Shown piece after piece: positions 14,443 to 25,078 of a stretch of DNA of 47,508 nt; positions within the stretch are counted from its first letter, which is position 1, and each line of letters opens with the position of its first letter. Where the stretch lies: the NCBI GenBank assembly GCA_000934665.2, contig JYFJ02000777.1:62001-109508 (forward strand), given 5' to 3'. The DNA comes from Catajapyx aquilonaris. Taxonomy: Eukaryota. The position numbers and the translations under genes were made by a program. The notes below the pieces were generated by a model. The model was not told where the DNA came from. It did no database searches and worked only from the letters and a program-made list of their open reading frames with translations.

Positions 14443-14976
14443 ATGAATTCCTTGTTCACTTTGGCAGTAATAATCTCAACAATTTGCTTTGTGTTTGCTA
14501 TCCGAATTTGAACGATTATTTAAGAGATCTGCTTGAGAATAGTCATAATAAATGGGGTCCGACGAATCCTTACTGTCCTCCTCCTTGTTATAAGTATGCA
14601 AGTGGCAGATGCCGATTTGTCGAAGGTGTCAAAGGATGTACTAAAACGTAAGTGTTTTTTCTTTGCATAATATTGATATTACTATCATGCATTTTGAACC
14701 TGTTACTTGACACAAACCGATTGGTATTTAGCTCAAGAATTTAATATTCTTGCATGCTATAAAATTCTAAATTATCAATATGTGGCTGCAAATGTCATTA
14801 TTATGTTGCGCTGCTATAGTGCCAGTACAACATAACAAAAGAGATGTTTTTTGTTTGTTTTCAGTACCCGTAACCCACGGGGTGGCTCAGGGCGTGGCTC
14901 ACAGGCTGACTCATGGAAAGAGGAAGGTTATCTTCTTTCTGTGGCCAATGGGACAAACGAAGAGACACTGTACTAA
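14443..14976 (+). pseudogene. Frameshifted Cys-peptide paralog 3 (core CPPPCYKYASGRCRFVEGVKGC); exons 14443-14647 and 14865-14976
   Basis: Aligns with the intact paralog at 16431. The signal peptide MNSLFTLAVIISTICF is out of frame with the Cys core because of a 1-nt deletion near 14491. The ORF-track ATG at 14340 lies upstream of the TATA-like element at ~14364. Confidence 0.7.
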
Positions 14977-16430
14977 CTGTCATGCAAATGACCTGGAAAG
15001 GCTGAATGTCTGCTGATAGTAATTTGCAATAAAAATGTATAAAATTTGTACCACCCAGCATCAGACAATTTTACAAGTTCATTGTTGCCGGTTCCATTGC
15101 AGCTATTTGCGGAATTGTTTCTGGGGTACCGGGCATATGCCGCCAACAGGAATACTGCCGCTCTCACATGACGTCATCCCGGACAAACAGATGGTGATAG
15201 GCTATTGTGAATTCCGAATATGATAGGGCAATTTAGCTGTCTTGTTATAGGGTGGCCAGATGCCCTTCTTTATATGTAGTGTCATGTGACAAATAAATTC
15301 TCTTAAAGCAGTGGTCCTTAACCTTTCCCCGGCACCTCTTCGAAGACAGCTTGTCCTCGTCGCACCCCCTATACCAGGGGCGATTGATCAAAATTGATTC
15401 AAAGTTAGAGGTGCACCTTGCTCGCACCCAGTGCCAAAATCGCGTATTTAATGAAAATTACATTTAATTGAAATTAAATGTCGTACAATGAAATAGTTGA
15501 ACTAGTCGCAAAGGATTGGGAGGAAGCCCGCCTCAGGCGAAATTTTTTGGGGGATTCCAGGTCACACGAGCTTAGGTGAATGTAACTGACTGGGAGATTT
15601 GAATAGGTGTATCAGGGTGTGTATCTGATGAAATTGGTAGCACTTTTTCATAATTCATAAGTAGCCGAATCCCGGAGGATGTTATTACGACGTACAGCGG
15701 TGTCACAGACAGGCAAAAAGGTTCATCTATCAACCTCATGTACAGTACTTATTGTAAGGCAAGACTGCAAGACGGGCTAATGACTGGCAAGAAAATACTA
15801 TCTTGTACACTACTATTAAATACTAATAATACTATATAATAACTATATAATATAATAATAAATAATAAATATAATAATAATAATATAACTATATAATACT
15901 ACTATTAAATACTAATAAATTTTCTGGGCTGTACTAGAACAGCTGAAAGTTCGGTAACTGACGGTCGCAATAACCACTGACGTATTTTTATTGGATCCAT
16001 CTACAGCTCACCATAACCCATGCTTGATTTATGTTACAATTTAGTGTTAAATACAATAATTTGGTAACTTGTGTATTTCGGTTATCATGAAGTAAAAAGG
16101 CGCGTATGTATTGTAATATAGCCTACACATAGCAGCTGTGTCCTTCTTTTTGGAGATTTGTAATAAAAGGCCACCCTATAGTCTTATAGCGAGCTGTGCT
16201 TGTCCTAGACGTACTTATTTTGAATTTTACATTTTCGTATGGTTTTGGAGCAGACGTGAAGTCAAGACTGATGACGCAAAACCTGTGAACATTTACATCA
16301 GAATGCCTTACTACTGTGGAAAAGACGCAAATGATTACAGTGACGGAAGGCATATATAAAGAAGTCGGCTTGGAAGTTCCATCTTACCAGCCTCTAAAAC
16401 GCAAAGAACTTCAGAAACTCCGGGAGAACT

Positions 16431-16950
16431 ATGAATTCTTTGTTCACTTTAGCAGCAATAATTTCAACAATTTGTTGTGCTGTGTGTTATCGGCCTATTT
16501 ATGCGGGCAAAGATCGTTTTAGAGGTAAATCTCTGCCAGAGGATCAAATAATTCCTTACCGGTACTGTCCTCCTCCGTGTTATGAGCTTGCTGGTGACAG
16601 ATGCCGAATAGTGGAAGGGTGTGGCCGGTAAGTGCTGTTTTTTTGCATAAATTAACCTGATGTTACTTTCATCAAGCTCTTGCTATCATACATTTTGAAC
16701 TTGTTGCCAGACACAGGCCTACGCCTCGTGATGGTAACGTCAGCATTGCTGGTAAATTATATAATCCTGGCTGTCCTCATTGTTATGAGCGTGTTAAGGA
16801 CAGATGCCGATTAGTCGAAGGATGTGACCCGTAAGTACTTTTTTCTTTGCATAATTTGATGTTACTATTATGCATTATCAATTTTTCAGTGATCGGCACG
16901 CAAGGAAACGCGTAGATTTTCTTTCTCCCGTGGCCAATAGGACAAGCTAA
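16431..16950 (+). CDS. Secreted precursor 4 with two tandem 4-Cys modules (CPPPCYELAGDRCRIVEGC; CPHCYERVKDRCRLVEGC); exons 16431-16627, 16711-16830, 16890-16950
   Basis: TATATAAA at ~16353, signal peptide, and two gtaagt...cag phase-2 introns (83 and 59 nt). The 120-nt exon 2 is frame-preserving. AATAAA at 17029. Confidence 0.85.
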
Positions 16951-17233
16951 GAGACACTGTACTAATACTGTCATGCAAATGACATGAAAAGGCTGAATGT
17001 ATGCTGATAGTAATTTGCGATAAAAAGGAATAAAATTTGTACCACCCAGCGTCAGTGAATTTTACGAGTTCATTGTAGCCGGGTTCCATTACAGCTATTT
17101 GCTGAATTGTTTCTGGGGTACTGTCTGCCCTGCAGTCCATTAGCACCGAATGACGATTCCGTTTATCTGCATTCTGGTATGCAATCCTTTCTCTATAGCC
17201 CACAGTACATCGGGTACACCCTCTGGATCAACA

Positions 17234-17655
17234 ATGAAATCTTGGGCAGTTGTAGGTAGACTATGTGCTTTACTTCTCCTAATCTGCAAGGCATATGGAT
17301 TTCCTCACATTTGGTTTCAACCGGAAGCAGAAGCTATAACCGGTATATTTGAGGGGAACGATGTGAAATGTCCGAAGTGCTGGCAGAAGGATTACCAAGA
17401 AGTGTGTCGGCGCATATTTAACTGCAATGAGTGAGTATGGTCTCGTCTTCAATTGATACAGACATTTATAACATTTAAACAATTTATTGTTGTGCTAAAA
17501 ACAAAAACTGAAATTTTGGTCAGTATGTAGTATCTATAATTTGGGACAGTTCTTTTGGCACACTGAATTTTGTCCATTGATAACCCGTTATGGAATTTTG
17601 AAAGTTTATCACAGGTTGGCCATCAGTAAATGTTTATCAATTTTATTGCAGATGA
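17234..17655 (+). CDS. Secreted Cys-peptide precursor 5 (CPKCWQKDYQEVCRRIFNCNE*); exons 17234-17430 and 17652-17655
   Basis: Signal peptide MKSWAVVGRLCALLLLICKAYG-FP. GA|gtgagt...ttgcag|A TGA gives the same C-terminus as the unspliced ORF (stop at 17434). Confidence 0.85.
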
Positions 17656-18161
17656 CATCGGGCTCTTCTCAACTTTGGCTATTGGACATCCTGAAACTTG
17701 GCGAAAAATATGGAAGACGACAACCTAACAAATACTCTATATATTAAAATAAATTAATAGCAGTGTCTTTTATAAACCCTCGCTGTTATTCATTTATAAG
17801 ACATCCCCAATGAGGTTTTCTGTCGTGTGTGACATCACAGCAAAAGTTTGACTGAAATATTTTTAAAATATATTGCATATTCACATGTCAGAAGGCAGAT
17901 TGACAGCACACATTGCAGTGGCGGGAGACGAAGGCTAAATATATCCAATGCAGTTGCAATAAGGTCAGGGGCGCCCTATAAAGCGTCATAAATTTTATGG
18001 GTTCATTGTATATGATTCTATTTGCAGTAAAAGTGCCAGGCAGCCCTGTCTGCTTCGGCATCCACGACCACAGGATGACGATCATGTCTTATCTATCCAC
18101 CTACTGGCATTCCACATTCTCGCCATCGCTTGTTGCGGATACTTCAGATCCAACCTACGGG

Positions 18162-18450
18162 ATGAAACTTTTGTCAGTTTTTGTTGTCATTTGCTTGCTA
18201 TGCACGGCGTATGGATTTCCTCAATCTTGGGGAATCAATCAACCAATTCTGTTGGATGATGATCATCCTCCGATTGCGTCTGGTAGACAAGGTGTAGGTA
18301 GAATGTTGTGCCCTCCATGCTGGCGCAAAGATATGTGGGGCATATGTCGTCCCATGCCGACAATCTGTGAGAGGTGAGTTTCACCTGCCTTATTTCATTA
18401 TGACAGTTATCTAGAATCTACAGACAAGTTTTCTATTTTGTAGATTTTAA
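18162..18450 (+). CDS. Secreted Cys-peptide precursor 6 (CPPCWRKDMWGICRPMPTICERF*); exons 18162-18373 and 18444-18450
   Basis: Signal peptide MKLLSVFVVICLLCTAYG-FP. 70-nt intron gtgagt...ttgtag. AATAAA at 18535. Confidence 0.85.
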
Positions 18451-19730
18451 AATCACAAGAAAATGATGGTTGAGGTGGCAAGATGGACCAAGTGTGAAGG
18501 ACGTGTAAAATGTGTAATTTTTTGATCTCATATGAATAAATCAGTACACAATATGTTACTAACAAGACTCGGGAGGGTACCGTACTTTTCCTGGTTACCG
18601 CAATGAATAAAAGAAGTGACATCAATATAACATCAATTTTATGACCTGTCAGAATGTTCAACATTTGTCGCATGGATGGTAGTATAATTACATAATGTCA
18701 TTATGATGATGTGCTAATTACTTTACAGTAATGTAATTATCATTAACATTACTCACTGTATAGTCTACAGTACCTGTATATCAAAACGTGTGATATTATA
18801 TGCCATCAAGCCAGAATTACTTGCACTCAATATTTGCGTTGACAGGTGAGTAAATTTCGACATAAAAGCGCTTGTAGCTATAGTGTTACCCTCTGGAGTT
18901 CACACATCCACTTCTCTTTTCATTAGAAAGCTTTAAAAGATCCTGTAACAATAAAATATTAAACAAACGTTTAAAGCTCACTATATGGTAAATGTGACTA
19001 TAGCATAAATCAATATAGCTTCATTCATATATTATGCTGATGCTCAACAGCACTATAATTCGCTTTATATCGGTGAAATCATGCGTCTGGCATATTTTAG
19101 GTGCACATGTGCATTGAGGAATGATGACGTCCAACCTAATACTAATAATGCTGCAAGGGGTGAAGGAAGAGGAAAAAACGAAAAAGCCTTCAGTAGATAA
19201 AGATTTATGCATGAGGATATGATTGTATGCACCTATGGAGTGTTTGTCACATAATATATTCAATGGAATGAAACACTTTCCTGCTATTGCGAAGGGTCAA
19301 GGTCAAGGAGCATTCCGGTCACATTGACACAAGAAAATACCGATATGTGCATTATTATTCAGCATGACTCAGGTAAGAACTGACCATGAACTCAGTTACT
19401 TCCCTCATCTCTGTGCTAGTAATTATTAGAATTTGCAGCCTGAGAACTATTACCATACATACCCTGAAAAATCATCAGATGTCCACTAAAATGATAGTGT
19501 GACGCTCAAAATTTCACGAATTACATTGGTACAAAATTGTACAGTGCGCACCTGATCCAATACTTCATTATCACAATCCTGATTATGGATATATTGTTGT
19601 TTTATTTCCAGTACTGTTTCCCCCTGTAGTTTTTGTAGCACCGGATGACGAAGCTGTTTTATCTGCATATTTAGCACTCTCTCAGCCTCTTCACGTCCTC
19701 ACCTACGCAGCAAAGAATCACTCTTCAACA

Positions 19731-20015
19731 ATGAGAGCCATTGTAGTCGCCAGTCTCCTCCTCATTTTATTCCTCTGCATTCTTGACACCTCTGGATTTC
19801 CTCAGTCACTCGAAGAAGAACCGGATTCGGAAGTTGAAGAACAAACTATAACCAGCATATTTGATCTGAACGACGGAGATTGCCCCAGGTGCTATAGAAA
19901 GGACATCCAAAATGTGTGTCGTCGCATATATCGCTGCAGGCAGTAAGTACGCACTGACACTTTCTTTGTCATAATTATATGAAGATTATGTAACCAGTTT
20001 TTACTTTTCAGGTGA
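19731..20015 (+). CDS. Secreted Cys-peptide precursor 7 (acidic spacer, CPRCYRKDIQNVCRRIYRCRQ*); exons 19731-19942 and 20012-20015
   Basis: Signal peptide ending TSG-FP. CA|gtaagt...tttcag|G TGA. Clear paralog of precursor 5. Confidence 0.88.
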
Positions 20016-20287
20016 TTTTCTAACCAACATGCCAAGTTTGAATAACTCAGTAGGATTCTAATGAAATCAGATCAAATAAATATCATTAGCTGTTTTCTAG
20101 TTTTATTATTGGCTGGGTTACCAATCGACACTGGTTCAAGTCCTTGACAACTAACGAAGACAAATATAACTCTTGGTCCTATCTCTTCCTGTGCTTTGAA
20201 CCACACGACCACATCCGAAGTCGAAGAAATCATTTGCAGCAGGGTCACTTTTTGTATCATTAGTCAATTCAGCTGTAACCATACACG

Positions 20288-20500
20288 ATGGGTTTCATCA
20301 GGCCTTTCCTTATTGCTACACTGTTGATTTTCTTCGTACTTTGTATGGAGGACGTTTGTGCCAGTAAAAGAGACGTTGAGCAACAAGGAAAGATTCCGTT
20401 GGTCACGACCTACCAGAATCTTCCTCCATGTGCCCCATGCTACAGACATGACTACCTGGGTCAATGTCGTCGGATGTACAATTGTCCGAACCGCCGGTAA
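20288..20500 (+). CDS. Secreted Cys-peptide precursor 8 (CAPCYRHDYLGQCRRMYNCPNR)
   Basis: Signal peptide followed by a KR site and a 4-Cys core. The ORF ends inside a gtaagt donor at 20497; the second exon is uncertain. AATAAA at 20615. Confidence 0.85.
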   Translation: MGFIRPFLIATLLIFFVLCMEDVCASKRDVEQQGKIPLVTTYQNLPPCAPCYRHDYLGQCRRMYNCPNRR

Positions 20501-21093
20501 GTACAGTACATTTATTCGTACATTGTGCCCAGATTTTTTTGTAGTAACACTGGACCAAAATCTGAGCATTCATGATGTAGATTAAAAATTATAGTATCGG
20601 TTTGCTTAATATGGAATAAACTTACATGCTAAATATTTTGAATTTACTATCTTTTTTCGTGAAATATTATTTGTAGTTTTATCACGAACTATTCGAAGAA
20701 TGTTACTGATAAACTATCTTTCCTACATACTTTTGTAAGGATACAAATTAATTACTGATACTGTAAAATATTTTCATAACATTTTCTCATATGCGGAAAA
20801 GGAACGTTATCAATTAACAAACGATTAAAAGAAATTCCAATGAATTTTCTTAATAAAATATTGTGTAATATATGCTTTGGAAATGCTTTGCCTCCATTTC
20901 CTTATCCTATATTTAATGTAAAGGAAGTTTAACCGCAATCAAATTTCCGGGAAGGGTATTGGTTAGGTCCCCTTGAGTTTGTCCTTTGGTGCCATATATT
21001 AAGAGCTTGTTCAGAGTTAGACAGGTGATTCAGAAGTCTGACCGAATTTTATCGCGGTTTGATTGACTGACCGAAATTAGACGTTTCCGTACC

Positions 21094-21390
21094 ATGGAGA
21101 AAACGACCATATTATTCCTCTTCCTGATGGCCGTGACGGTGACCGCATATGTCCGAAAGACTCCCTTTTGTGTCATCGGATGTGCCACCTGTCCTCCATG
21201 TCACCGGAAGGACCCCAAAGGAGTTTGTCGTCTGATCCAGGATTCAACTTGTGGTGGTCGGAGACGAATGGCCTTAGGTTCTCGAAATGAGATTCGAAGA
21301 GCAGACAAAAGTAAGCTCTTTAACATACAGAGTCAACTGCCAGGTCAAAGAAAGTTATGTTTTCACCGTTTTCTTTTTAGAAAGGTATAA
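21094..21390 (+). CDS. Secreted Cys-peptide precursor 9 (6 Cys, CVIGCATCPPCHRKDPKGVCRLIQDSTC-GGRRR)
   Basis: Signal peptide MEKTTILFLFLMAVTVTA. GRRR cleavage/amidation-type site after the core. Probable intron 21311-21380, so the C-terminus is uncertain. TATA-like element at ~20995. Confidence 0.85.
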   Translation: MEKTTILFLFLMAVTVTAYVRKTPFCVIGCATCPPCHRKDPKGVCRLIQDSTCGGRRRMALGSRNEIRRADKSKLFNIQSQLPGQRKLCFHRFLFRKV

Positions 21391-21550
21391 TATTTGGCTT
21401 TTGATATGTGGGTGTGGTTTTTTTTTACCAATGAATGTGCCATCAATAATTCTTAAAAATCCGGAAGTAAGTTAATCAGATGCATTGTGTTGTCCTATCG
21501 ACCCTAAGAAGCGCAGGTCAGCCTTTGGGCTTGTCAGTGTGTCCTCAACC

Positions 21551-22000
21551 ATGCAGCTGGTCACTGTCTTGGTCTTCCTGATGCTGCTGGCCATGGCCTG
21601 CTCGCTTCCTTCCGGAACCCTGGTCCTCGACACAGGTCGTTGGCAGCAATGGGGTCCATGGAAGAAGCCTCCTCCTCGTCGAACCAAGGAACCTGGAACA
21701 CAAGAACTAGGATGGGCCCTTGCACCTATTATTCCGCCTATTCCTGCCATCACCAGATTTGCGAACGCTGCCCTCAATGGTTTCCATACTTATAACATGG
21801 GCGGAAGTGGAGGAAGTGGAGGAATCAGGAAGCAGATACAAATCCAACATTGTCCTCCTGGAGGTATCTGGAACACCAAATGCCGTACGGTGTCCATCAC
21901 AAAAAATAAGCTCGGCTCTTACCAGCCTATGTGTGAGTACAACCAGTTTTACTGGCATGATAACAGTACGGAATTAGGGAGTGGTCATTCTGTATTAGGA
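21551..22000 (+). CDS. Secreted precursor 10, Pro/Gly/Trp-rich with divergent secapin-like 2-Cys core (CPPGGIWNTKCRTV); exons 21551-21932 and 21999-22000
   Basis: Signal peptide MQLVTVLVFLMLLAMACS. T|gtgagt...attag|GA creates a split TGA stop across a 66-nt intron. Confidence 0.75.
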
Positions 22001-22209
22001 AAAGGGTAACAACACAATAGATGACGCATTGCAAGGTCCTTTTCCGGCTGTATCCTTGAAAGAGGTGTGACAGGTTTTCCGAAAGGTGGTGGCGTTGACC
22101 AACAGGAAGGCGTTCCAGAAATCGTTTTTGGAGGTGCCTGTACCTCGAGAGTGGAAGGTTAGGAAAGCCATCTCCATCCACATCTTCAGTCGGTGGTTGG
22201 GGAATCACC

Positions 22210-22449
22210 ATGCTGCTTCTTCTCTTCTTCCTGGTGGTCACCAACGCCCTGTGCAGCGGACCACCTGAGGTCAGCGGGTTGCCCCTGATGAACTCCACCA
22301 CCCATGTGCTCAACCACACCTTCAACGGGAAACCAATCAGTGTGTCCCTGGAAACATCGCCGGATACTCTGGTCATCATCGGAATGATCCGTGACCTTTG
22401 CCCCCCAGGACAGTTTCAAGATGTGCAAGGGCTGTGTCAGGAGGTGTAA
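22210..22449 (+). CDS. Secreted precursor 11 with 2-Cys core (CPPGQFQDVQGLCQEV*)
   Basis: Signal peptide MLLLLFFLVVTNALCS and a C-terminal GBP-like motif. Confidence 0.85.
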   Translation: MLLLLFFLVVTNALCSGPPEVSGLPLMNSTTHVLNHTFNGKPISVSLETSPDTLVIIGMIRDLCPPGQFQDVQGLCQEV

Positions 22450-23042
22450 AAACTACTTATAATAGGTACCGGTATGCAGTGTTTACGCAATTTTGGCTTA
22501 TCACGTTGGTACAATGGTACCACCCTGCAATGTCGTTGACACTTGTTTTTTTTTCCCTCCTCCTAAAGTGGATAAGAGTGAAATTGTATCCAAAGGAATG
22601 CAAACAACTGCCAACTAGTTTCGGCTGGGCCTGTGGCGAGGTTGTTGGATGGACATCGACCTTTGTATGTTTTTTTTCTCCTCTTCCTTATTCGTGGTTC
22701 CGCCGGGTTTCCACCAGATAAGGAACTAAAATTCTAATGAAATTGTGTCCTCGAAGGCGGTCAATAGGCGGGGTTCGATACCAATCGACTTGATCCAGCA
22801 CGCGATCAGAATGGGGGGCACCAGGTTAGTGGGTTTTGATTTTCTCTTCGATCCCCGGTAAGTGCATGTTACGACATGTCCAAACAAGGCATGGAATGTC
22901 AGCAATTTTTTGTTGACTCGGTTGATTGTTCGACGCCATTTTTGTTTTCTGCGACATAATCGCGCATCTCCAGCTCTCTTTTCAATATGCGATTATATTG
23001 TGGGTATAAAGGAGGATGCGGTCGGTTGCTCCGGGTGTGAAG

Positions 23043-23426
23043 ATGGGTTCGTTTTTGGCTTTGGTCCTGTTGTCTCTGGTGTGTGTGGGGTGTGCAAGAC
23101 GTCGTATGATGTACCCAAGAAATCGTATACAGCAAATGCCGATGGAGATGAGCTACGAGTCTGAGTATGACACGTATGGCCAGCCTGCACTGGACACCAT
23201 GGAGCAAAACATGCCTCAGCATGCCTGGAGCCGATTTATGGAGGAAGAAGCTGAGATGCCAGACTTCACTATGGACACCCAGATGATGATGGCCCGCGGG
23301 CCGCCCCGAGGCAACCAACAAATGGGTCCAGTCGCCAAGAGTAATCCGTGTCCTTGGGGTTACATGTTGGATCAAGTCGGAACTTGTCGTCCTTGCCCTT
23401 ATGGTAGATGCAACATTGGTGAGTAG
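23043..23426 (+). CDS. Secreted precursor 12, Met-rich spacer, core CPWGYMLDQVGTCRPCPYGRC
   Basis: TATAAA at ~23004, signal peptide MGSFLALVLLSLVCVGCA followed by RRR. Phase-1 donor g|gtgagt at 23419. Confidence 0.85.
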   Translation: MGSFLALVLLSLVCVGCARRRMMYPRNRIQQMPMEMSYESEYDTYGQPALDTMEQNMPQHAWSRFMEEEAEMPDFTMDTQMMMARGPPRGNQQMGPVAKSNPCPWGYMLDQVGTCRPCPYGRCNIGE

Positions 23427-23554
23427 TCCTCCACTTTCAACTATGGTATGTCCCTCCCGAGCAAAAAGATTCGGACGATGTTCCTTGTCCGAATATTTCT
23501 TGCTTGTACGGACAATGTATGAGGTGTCCTCCGGCTCTCGTTGCTGGTGAGTAG

Positions 23555-24010
23555 CATCCGGGGAAGAGGCGCGAAGGATGGTCCCCAGGAACATAATCGT
23601 GCTTCCGTCTGCACCCGGATGCCCTCCTGGTCAACGGAAGGACCCCCAGGGAGGATGCCGGGTGTGTCAGTTCGGATGCGAGACATCGAGCGAATCCCCA
23701 AGCAACAGGGCGGCTGACCCATCTTCCTACCCTCATCTGCTGCCTTCTTCTTCAGCGCCCTTCCAGCAGTTCGGATCCAGCCCCGGGACCAAACCTGAGA
23801 CCGGATCTTACCCATCCTCAGGGGCTGCCGTTAACGGGGCTGCCACAGGTGGTGGGAAAGGTGCCAATGCCAACGATCCTTATTCTCGACAGATGCAAAG
23901 AATGCATCCAAGGTACATGGGAGGTAAAAGAATCCATGTTGGCCAGTGTTGTCCTGTTGTCGATGTTTCGTCGTTGGTTTTTCTGCCAAATATTTTTTAG
24001 GATTGTGTAG
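23555..24010 (+). CDS. Cys-peptide module 13 (RNIIVLPSAPGCPPGQRKDPQGGCRVCQFGC plus S/P/G-rich tail); a downstream exon of precursor 12 or a paralog with a broken signal peptide
   Basis: Exact GBP-type motif in ORF 23578-24000, but an in-frame TGA at 23548 leaves no contiguous signal peptide. An in-phase but weak acceptor lies at 23553-23554. Confidence 0.6.
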
Positions 24011-24209
24011 TTGCGTTAATGTGGTTGCTTACGAGTTACGACACACTATCTATAGAGAAAGAATGTGAATTATCACATATTTCTGAAATCCTGGAATTCA
24101 TAGATAGCTCACGGTCCTTGTATCAGGCACTTTGTGGTATTCTGGGCATTGTTCTGTCGGTGTTATCCTCCACTACACATTAGTGTAGTTCTTGAAACAC
24201 TTTGGCACG

Positions 24210-24539
24210 ATGCACTTCACCCGGGTTCTGTTCTTCGCAGGCATTTGTATGGTAAGCCGAATTTTCCCAAACAATACCTGAAATGAATATTATTAATGTC
24301 ATATTTTTCTCAAGACAATAGCGTTTCTGATGGTTCAAGGCGAACCTTGCATTAAGGTCAATGGTAGCCCACCATTTTTTGGAAAAGGACGCTGGAAGCG
24401 TGACATGGCATACTATGGCCCGCGAAATGTATTTCAATTTGTTCCATGTGCATCATGCTATTTGCGCGATTATCAAGGAGTATGTCGCAAAATATGCTCG
24501 GCCGAATGCTTGGGCGCGCAATTGTTCTCGGTCCAATAG
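24210..24539 (+). CDS. Secreted Cys-peptide precursor 14 (KR site, CASCYLRDYQGVCRKICSAEC); exons 24210-24251 and 24315-24538, stop completed at 24709 if spliced
   Basis: A 63-nt phase-0 intron (gtaagc...ctcaag) restores the signal peptide MHFTRVLFFAGICM|TIAFLMVQG. TA|gtaagt...ttgcag|A gives a split TAA; unspliced gives TAG. Confidence 0.85.
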
Positions 24540-25078
24540 TAAGTTATAAGTATACTAAGTGTTTGTCTTTATGTCATTGTGTCACTTGTACGAGTGTGTC
24601 TTGCATATGACCTGTAACGATTTTGTAAAATTCGTGTATTTTTTGTGGAAAACGTTACTCTTCCGTCGTGTTATAATTATTTTCTAATTATTTTCTTCTA
24701 CTTTGCAGATTCTTGGGGTAATCGTCGCCAAGAAAAGTGAAGAAAATGATCCAGATCAACATCAGTGACACCAGCCTGTAGACGCTTCTTCCTGTCCGCT
24801 ACACTAGAACTTTGCTTAAAATTTTCATCAGCCCATATTTATCAACCCCTGGCATTTTTCCTGTGCCAACTGTATAGCTCCTGTGTGAGCGGTAATAACA
24901 ATGGTGACATAAAATACCACGGTGTCTAATTTTGTTCAGAAACTACTTTCATCTCTACCGTTCCTTCCGTTTCCACAATGGGAAGTGGTCTAGCTTCCCT
25001 TTTTTTCCAAACCTTGGGTCAAAATAGGGTGTCACTTGAATTAGGTCGCTTCTGAGAGACGTTTCCCAGCAGGTCGAC

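Larger units (their letters stand above)
14220..17122 (+). repeat. Direct segmental duplication: ~14220-15130 and ~16213-17122
   Basis: Collinear similarity from the promoter (ggagcagacgtgaagtcaa...aacatttacatca) through the 3' flank (gtttctggggtac). Confidence 0.9.

Noticed and set aside
14340..14651. 103-aa ORF starting at 14340 as an intact gene
   Set aside because: No signal peptide, the start lies upstream of the TATA-like box, and paralog alignment shows it arises from a frameshift.
24283..24330. Apparent homopolymer frameshift in a signal peptide (MNIINVIFF...)
   Set aside because: Better explained as intron sequence (24252-24314) with a proper upstream exon.
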